NCBI RefSeq assembly: GCF_000143415.4
Contig: NW_003314339.1
Coordinates: forward strand, 1-54,552
From: Selaginella moellendorffii
Taxonomy: Eukaryota > Plantae > Lycopodiophyta
Direction: 5' to 3'
Length of the DNA: 54,552 nt
The notes under the pieces are model-generated. The model was not told the origin of the DNA. It saw nothing but the letters and a program-made list of their open reading frames with translations, and ran no database searches. Positions 47,601 to 54,552 of this stretch are shown piece after piece (the stretch's first letter is position 1; each line of letters starts with the position of its first letter). A program made the position numbers and the translations under genes.

Positions 47601-50600
47601 GCCTTTCTCTTCACTATCTCTGGAATCTCTGTCCGGTTGTTGTTGTTTTTCTGCTCGAATTTGTGCTCGGGTTTGTACTGCCATGACTTGAGGATCTGAG
47701 TCGTCATTGTCGGCATAAGGTAGTTCGTCAGTCTCAACCATCCTTGTTGATGGTGGTTTCTGCTGATTTTGATCTTGTTGTCGAGGAGGCGGTGGACCAA
47801 GTCTCGGTGGACCACCTTGGTTTTGAAGTCGAGGTTGCCATGGTCGGTTGTTGTAGTTGCCTTGGTAGGCCTGGTCTTGATAATCTTGGCCTTGGTATCT
47901 TGGGTTCTGGTATCTTGGGTATTGTTGGTATCCTTGGTTGTAGTTGTTTCGGTTTGCTGGGTAGTTCCGGTTCGGCGGGTGTTGTCGATTGTTGTAGTTG
48001 TTGTTGTAGTCGTTGTTGTAATTGTTGTAGTTGTTATAGCGAGGTTGATCATTCCATTGTCGACTCTAGTGTTGGAAGTTGTTTCTTGGCGGTCTCCAGT
48101 TTGTCGGAGGTTGTGCCTGGTAATTGTCGAAGTATTGATTTGGATATGGTTTTCGAAACTGCTGTCGGGGATAGTTCAAGACTTGTCGAACTTCTGGAGA
48201 ATTTCGAAATCTGCAAGTCTTGGCGTCATGACCTTCTTTGGTACAGATCTGGCATTTGGAGATTTGGAGCTTGCAGTCACTTGCTGGATGTCCTTCGTTC
48301 TTGCACTTAGTACACCAAATTCCAGATTGAAATTCTTTGATGTCGGCCTTGGCTTTTCCCTTGAGCTTGTTGATTGTTTTCCTGAGTTTCCGAAGTTTTG
48401 ACTTGGTGCTCTCTCTGAGTTCATCGTCGGAGTCGTCATCGGAACTACTATCAGAATCTGAGTTATCTGTGTCATCTACTTGTGCTGTCATTCGTCGAGC
48501 TTGAACATCTTGAAGGGCTCTTGCGAGTTCGAGATAAGTGGCAACGTTGATGTGTGTTGCCGCTTCTCGGAGGGATCGTCAGAGTCCTTTCATGTACCAT
48601 TGGTAAAGTAATGTTTTGGTGGCACTGTTGCCGCATTTGCTAGCATGTCGAGTGAAGGTTTGAGTGTAGTCGTCAATGGATTGACCAGACTTTTGCTTGA
48701 GTTTTTGGATCTTGTGAAGTCGTTGGCTTTGAGTGAGGGAAGACTTGAATCGGTCTACGAGCTTGAGTGCGAGGTCGTCGAAACTTGTATTTTGAGGAAG
48801 CGTTTGAGCCCATTCGTTGGCTCTCTTTCGAAGGGTACATAGGAAATAGTATGGAAGTTCAGTCGTCTGGCCGTTGATTCGGATTGCTTCTCGAAACTGT
48901 TCAACATGTTTCTCGGCATCTTCTGACTTCAGACCATGAAATAGTGGATAGGAGACGTGTCTTCCGACAGGTATGTTGGTGACGGCAGTAGTGACTGCCA
49001 TTTGTTGTTGGTAGTAATGTCGGTATTGTCGAGGTTGTTTGGTCAGGTTGTCACCGTGGAGTCCTAAGGTGATTTGTAGCAAGGGGTTGTCAGGGTCGAC
49101 GGCAAAGTTGGTGTAAGAGGAAGGTGGTGGTGAAATGTTGTTGTTATTTATCGGACTCTTCTCTGTTTTTTCTTCTATGTTGGGACTGTTGTTGGGTGTG
49201 TCGTCGACGTCGTCGTGGGTGTTGGGTTGCTTGCCGGTGTTGATTTTGGGACGATGGTGCTTGAACTTGTTGTCGACGTACTTGTCGGAGTTATGTTGTG
49301 TTGGTTGTGGTTGTTCTTCTAAATTGTCAAAGAGTTCTTCGAACGTATAGTTGTGTGGTGACTGTAGTTGCTGTGGAAGATTCTTGTTGTCGACAACTGG
49401 TTCGTCGATCTCGTTGTTGTTGTATGATTGTAGCTGTTCGGCAGTTCGGTGTGAGTTGTTGACGTNNNNNNNNNNNNNNNNNNNNNNNNNNNNNNNNNNN
49501 NNNNNNNNNNNNNNNNNNNNNNNNNNNNNNNNNNNNNNNNNNNNNNNNNNNNNNNNNNNNNNNNNCGGAGTGCGACTGTAATTAGTGAAGTCGAGTTGTT
49601 GTCTCGTCGGCACATTGAAGTCGAAAGCGTGTTCGAAAGGTCTTGCTGATAGCGGGCTTCGGTAGATGTTGGAAGCAAATGTGGGATATATTGGTGTTGT
49701 GAAGATCGGTCGCTATGGCGAAAATGGTGCTTGTTTGGTGAAGTCTGTGAAGTTGGGCAGGAAACTTGGTCATTTGTCGTCACAGTAGATGGGGTTGGTG
49801 AATGTACCTTTGAAGTGGTTGTATACTGCATGACAAATGTTTTGTTGCTCGGGCGTAGTCTGTGTCGACTGCTCGAATGTTTGGTCGGGCTCGGGCACTT
49901 CGGTAGGTGCCATCGAGGGTGTTGATTCAGGCTCGGGCACTTTGGTGTGTCCCGTCGAGGGTGCTGCCGCTGGTGTGTCCGGTGGTGTTGTGTAGTTGTC
50001 GTATTCTTCGCGGATGTCCGATACTGATTCGTCGGAGTTAGCTTGCGGTAATAATTCGTGTCGGATGTAATTCTCTCTCTTGGAGGGTCTAACAATTTGA
50101 TTCAACTTCTCTTGGTCTTTCTTTCTCTTTGTTTCTAAATTCTTCAAATCTCTATCTAAACGTCGGATANNNNNNNNNNNNNNNNNNNNNNNNNNNNNNN
50201 NNNNNNNNNNNNNNNNNNNNNNNNNNNNNNNNNNNNNNNNNNNNNNNNNNNNNNNNNNNNNNNNNNNNNNNNNNNNNNNNNNNNNNNNNNNNNNNNNNNN
50301 NNNNNNNNNNNNNNNNNNNNNNNNNNNNNNNNNNNNNNNNNNNNNNNNNNNNNNNNNNNNNNNNNNNNNNNNNNNNNNNNNNNNNNNNNNNNNNNNNNNN
50401 NNNNNNNNNNNNNNNNNNNNNNNNNNNNNNNNNNNNNNNNNNNNNNNNNNNNNNNNNNNNNNNNNNNNNNNNNNNNNNNNNNNNNNNNNNNNNNNNNNNN
50501 NNNNNNNNNNNNNNNNNNNNNNNNNNNNNNNNNNNNNNGTTCGAGTCCGGATTGGGCGATGGCGTGATTGGCGAGAGTTGTTGCAGCGAACGTGTTGATT

Positions 50601-51653
50601 TCGAACCGAGTTCGGACTGTTGTTTCAGTGCTGAGCTGCTGACTGTGTCGGAGGGGTTGTCGAAAAATCGGTGGTGCTTTGTGAAGTTGTCCCTCGACAA
50701 GTTGTCCGATACCGGGTAACAGAGTGATGGGTTTGTCGTTGGTGTAGGTTTTGAGGATGTGCTTCGGTAATTGGAGTGGGTGCAGAAATTGGACTTGTGT
50801 CGGAATGCTAGGATTACTGGGTCGACGACTACACGGAAGATGGGTTCGTTTCGGTAGTGGTGTCGGTTTGTGTCGAGGGCGCTGGTTGATGTCTCGAACT
50901 TGGAGTGGGTGGTCTTGTGCTTGGAGATGGAGTTTGCCAATGAAGCTGCTGAGGGCGTTCGCTGATGAAGGTGCTGGTAGATTGGAGTTTCTTGTCAAAG
51001 AGAGTCGTTGGTGTTCTCCGTCGGTGATTGGACTTGGAGATCTTGAGAGAGAGCTTGCAGATTCTTCAAAGATCTCCTCTGGAAAGTGTCTGTCTTTACT
51101 GCGTTGGGCAGCAACTGCTTGGACGCCGTTGATCCATGGTGGTAGTGGCATTTGCGTGTTGAATTTGGGCGAATGTACGAATTAGGGCGTAATTTGGGCG
51201 AATTTGGGCGAGATGGGTAGATTTCTGGATCGTTCTTGCTATCTGCGCACAGAGAATGGAGAAAAAAAATGGAAGAATTTGTGAACCTGAAGGGGAATTC
51301 AGAAGCCGTGGTCCCAGAGTTGGATGTTCAACATCGACGATCCCACCGTGGTCGCCAAATGAAGAGGTGTGAAAACTCTTCTTCGTTGGAATCTATTGTT
51401 AGTAAGAAAACAAAAGAGAAAAGGGCCCGATCTCCAAGGGTAGAGAAGAAGCACGAGTAAAAGAATGCTGTGTATTGATAAGAAAAACGATGGAATGGAG
51501 ATAGAGATCCATAATTCGGATTCCCCCCTTTGAAAGGCTAGCAGTTCTAACTGCTAGCATATACTATATGCTGTGCATGATTTAATCTATAGCTCCGATG
51601 CAGCCCTAGGTTCAAAGTCGGAGTCCCCTGAACCTGGGTTTTTGGTTGCTATA
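41621..51653 (-). mobile_element. Ty3/gypsy family A, copy 2 (inverted, 3'-truncated, rearranged)
   Basis: Colinear with copy 1. 5' LTR at 51360-51653 (terminal TG changed to TA), PBS at 51341-51357, no 3' LTR, an internal duplication and deletions. Confidence 0.93.
51360..51653 (-). repeat. 5' LTR of family A copy 2
   Basis: Reverse complement of 4118-4412. Confidence 0.93.
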
Positions 51654-52639
51654 GCTTCCATGCGAATGACGCCCTCTTTTGGAGGAGGCAAATGAGAAGC
51701 ATTAAAACCATGGATGGTCTCCTTGACGATAGTCTCTGCTTCCTGGGGGACCTGGCAAATCACCACCATTGGAGTGAATAAAATAACAAAAGAGGCACAG
51801 TGATTGATAGCTTAACTGTTCGCAAGCAGCCAACCACGACATCCAATTCAGGTAGCTCCAGTTCGAAAGACGTGACTAGCATTTCTCTTATCGCAAACGG
51901 CCATGGAACCTTGCACCTGGCAAGAGCTTGTAGAATTTAAACGCGGGACGGAGGAGCTGCTGCACTACCACCAGCGTTGTGGCTTTTGGATTGATCAGCA
52001 GGGCACAAGGGATATACGTTGCAGTGAAAGCATTGCTTTCCCACAGTTCATCTTTCACCCTTTTTGCTCTAAATACTCTTGTTGTGGACAGCCACCTTTT
52101 GGCCCCGAGTACTTTCCATGCATTGCCCCCTCTTCTTCACACAGGGTGTGACTTGAAATTTCATGGATTTTTTCTTGTTGCTGCTAGGAACAAGCATCAA
52201 ACTTGGATAGAACACGACAAGAAAGCCCCTTGATGAAATCTCAAGCTCCCCAGGATTTGAAAGAACAGAGAAGTACCTCCAGCCTTGTACTCTTAACTTT
52301 GCTGCTAATCAAGAGAGTGCCTGGATCAATTTAATCTTCAATGCTCAAACAAGCCATCTTCGGACATTCAGTCGTTGGATGCAGCAAACCTTGTTTCTCA
52401 AAAGAAGAAAATGTAGGTTATCCCAGGGATTCAGTGGTGAAATCTTCATTCCATAATGGTTTCTTTCTTGAGCTTGACAACCGCAGAAAGGAATGATATA
52501 TGTTAAGAAGCAATTAGTGTCCGATTTGGATGGCCGGACATCTGGCTAGAACAAACAAATATATTGGCAAGGTCACAGGTTCGAATCCACATCCAGAGAC
52601 CCAATCCAATTTTTTTGCAACGCTTCTCCCTCCTTTGCA

Positions 52640-52810
52640 TCTTGCAAGCTACTGTGATCAGAGCAAGCTCTTCTGCCTGCAGTCATCTCCGGATGAGAAC
52701 TACTTGTCGTCCATAGCCCAAGACTACAGCATGTCCACGATCATGGAACACTTAAGATGCTTGGTGGATCTCCTGGGGAGATCTGGGAAGCTAGACGAGG
52801 CCAGTGTCGA
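52640..52810 (+). pseudogene. PPR (PLS-class C-terminal) fragment
   Basis: MEHLRCLVDLLGRSGKLDEA. Confidence 0.7.
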
Positions 52811-53489
52811 GCCAAATTTCAGCGCTGGAGAATGAAATTTGTGGAAAAGTCTATCGTAGCTGCAGCTCCAACCATTCTTCTCAATCCCTGTCGATTACAC
52901 TCAAAGGAATGTCCCCGAATGAGGCTCGAATGTGCTCTTGGCACAAGTGATCCAGGCCACAGAGTCGACTAGCGCGTGGATCTCCCCCGGATCGGCATTA
53001 ATAGCTGCCAAGAGAAATAACTGGATGCTCAAAAAAGAGTAACAAGGGCAAATGCCGTGATCGCAATCTTCCACGAGAAAGAACCTTGATCTTTCATCTT
53101 CTGGAAGATTTCCAGCGCCCGCACTTTCCATACCTTTCTATGACCAGATTAGCAAGGAACCTCGAGGCCGCTGGAGACGATTTTCCTCATGGATGCGCCT
53201 TCCCCCTCCCAGATCTGTGCTCACCGCATTCTCGCCCAGGCGCCCACCGCTGGAGATCGCTCCTCCTTCCTGCAAATCTTCGCTGGATGGCACCTCCTCG
53301 TCAAGGCTCAAGAATGATGCCATGGAAAACCACCGCCATTGCCATTATACGCTACTGCTGCACATTTTCGATCCAGGGGGCTCTTTACCCGGGCGATCTG
53401 CTGCTGCCGGGCGTGCTCTATGAGTCGAGCAGCATGGTCTTTCTTCTCAGTCTTAGACATCTTCAAACTAGGCTCACAAGCACAAGCAC

Positions 53490-54552
53490 TGCTTTTCCGC
53501 GGTATGTATGGTTCTTCTTGTGCTCATTTTGTTTATACTCTTGCCCAGTCCAGATCGCTTCATTCCTCATCTTCGCCACCCTTTGGCCTCGAGCATTTTC
53601 CAAGATAAAATGGAGGCCTGTAGTTCATCAACATCCAAGGCGTGGAGTGACCACAACGCAACCTGTGATGAGATGAGTTGGTGACCTGGTATATGTTTCT
53701 TGTGTTATGCCATCTGCTCTTTGGAAACTTTTGAGAAAGCTTGCTCTGAGCTGATTGAGTTTGAGCTTGGTCAAGGCTCTCACAGGTTTATTGGATCTCT
53801 GGTGCAACCCTAGAGTTTTGTTTGTGGGTGAGTAAGCTTTCACGGTTTCAGAGCAATATATTATATTATTGCCAAGAGAAGGCATCAAAACTTGGAGCTC
53901 CAGAGTCTCATGCCCCGAGAATTTGAAAGGATCCAAACCTATGGACCTCCAGCTTGGACAACCAAGTGAAGAATAGATTCCCGGGACCATGGTGCCTGGA
54001 TCAAATCAAACTCGAGCTCAGACAAGCCATCTTCCAGAACAATATCTTAAACGGATGTTGCTGGTTCTTGTTGCAGCATACTTATACTTTGTTTCTCAAA
54101 AATAGCTTCTGCATCAGCTGCTTGCTCAGATTGAGATGCAGAGTCCATCCAACCCGTTTTGTTTGCCATGGCCTCGCCAGAGCATGGAGAAAGTGAGAGT
54201 TTCATTCCATCGAGAAGAGAATGGTTTCTTTCTTGAGCTTGACAGCAGCAACGCGCTGCGCGCCATGCGCCCACAAAACGAAAATCTCTTGCGCCGCTGT
54301 TTACATTATGGTATACGTTAAGAAGCAATTAGGCAATTAGTGTACACTTTGGATGGGAACCTGATGGCCGGATATCTGGCTAGAATAAAAAAATATATTG
54401 GCAAGGTCACCAGGTTCGAACCCACAGCCAGAGACCCAATCAAATTTTTTTGTATGAACGACGGATTTCTCTTCTCTGCAAAGTCGCTCTCGGCAGCGTT
54501 GCTGGAGCTAAATCTTCTCTCGTGCCAATCCCCCCAAATGATCCACGCCGCC
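53490..54552 (+). repeat. Segmental duplication, copy 2 (runs off the window end)
   Basis: Matches 39083-40212. A more diverged partial third copy lies at ~52317-52617. Confidence 0.9.

Overview
Repeat-dense plant genomic DNA with PPR/LRR pseudogenes, very short GT-AG introns and five N-gaps. The style suggests a lycophyte such as Selaginella (inference only). I see no intact host gene. The window is a stack of nested transposons. The main result is a DNA transposon at 15101-29046 with 27-bp terminal inverted repeats (AAGCTCTATTT.GTTAAAGTGGGA.TT) and a 4-bp TSD (ACCA). It carries two divergent genes: a truncated Sola/DUF7869-like transposase fused to two Tnp1/En-Spm-like domains, and a spliced gene with a ParB/Srx-like motif (YAVSGQH). 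About nine copies of a 24-bp palindrome lie in its non-coding DNA. It sits inside a non-coding LTR element (family C) and holds a second, complete family C copy (16997-24267, TSD TCCAG). Also present: a 195-bp solo LTR with a 5S rRNA promoter core (Cassandra-like, 302-496); two inverted copies of an Athila-like Ty3/gypsy element with extra ORFs (4118-14694 and 41621-51653); a different gypsy element with a slippery-site plus pseudoknot frameshift signal (31571-36169); a copia remnant; a CRN-like P-loop pseudogene; tRNA-like Pol III remnants; and local segmental duplications. All family assignments come from motif recognition by eye, not from database searches.
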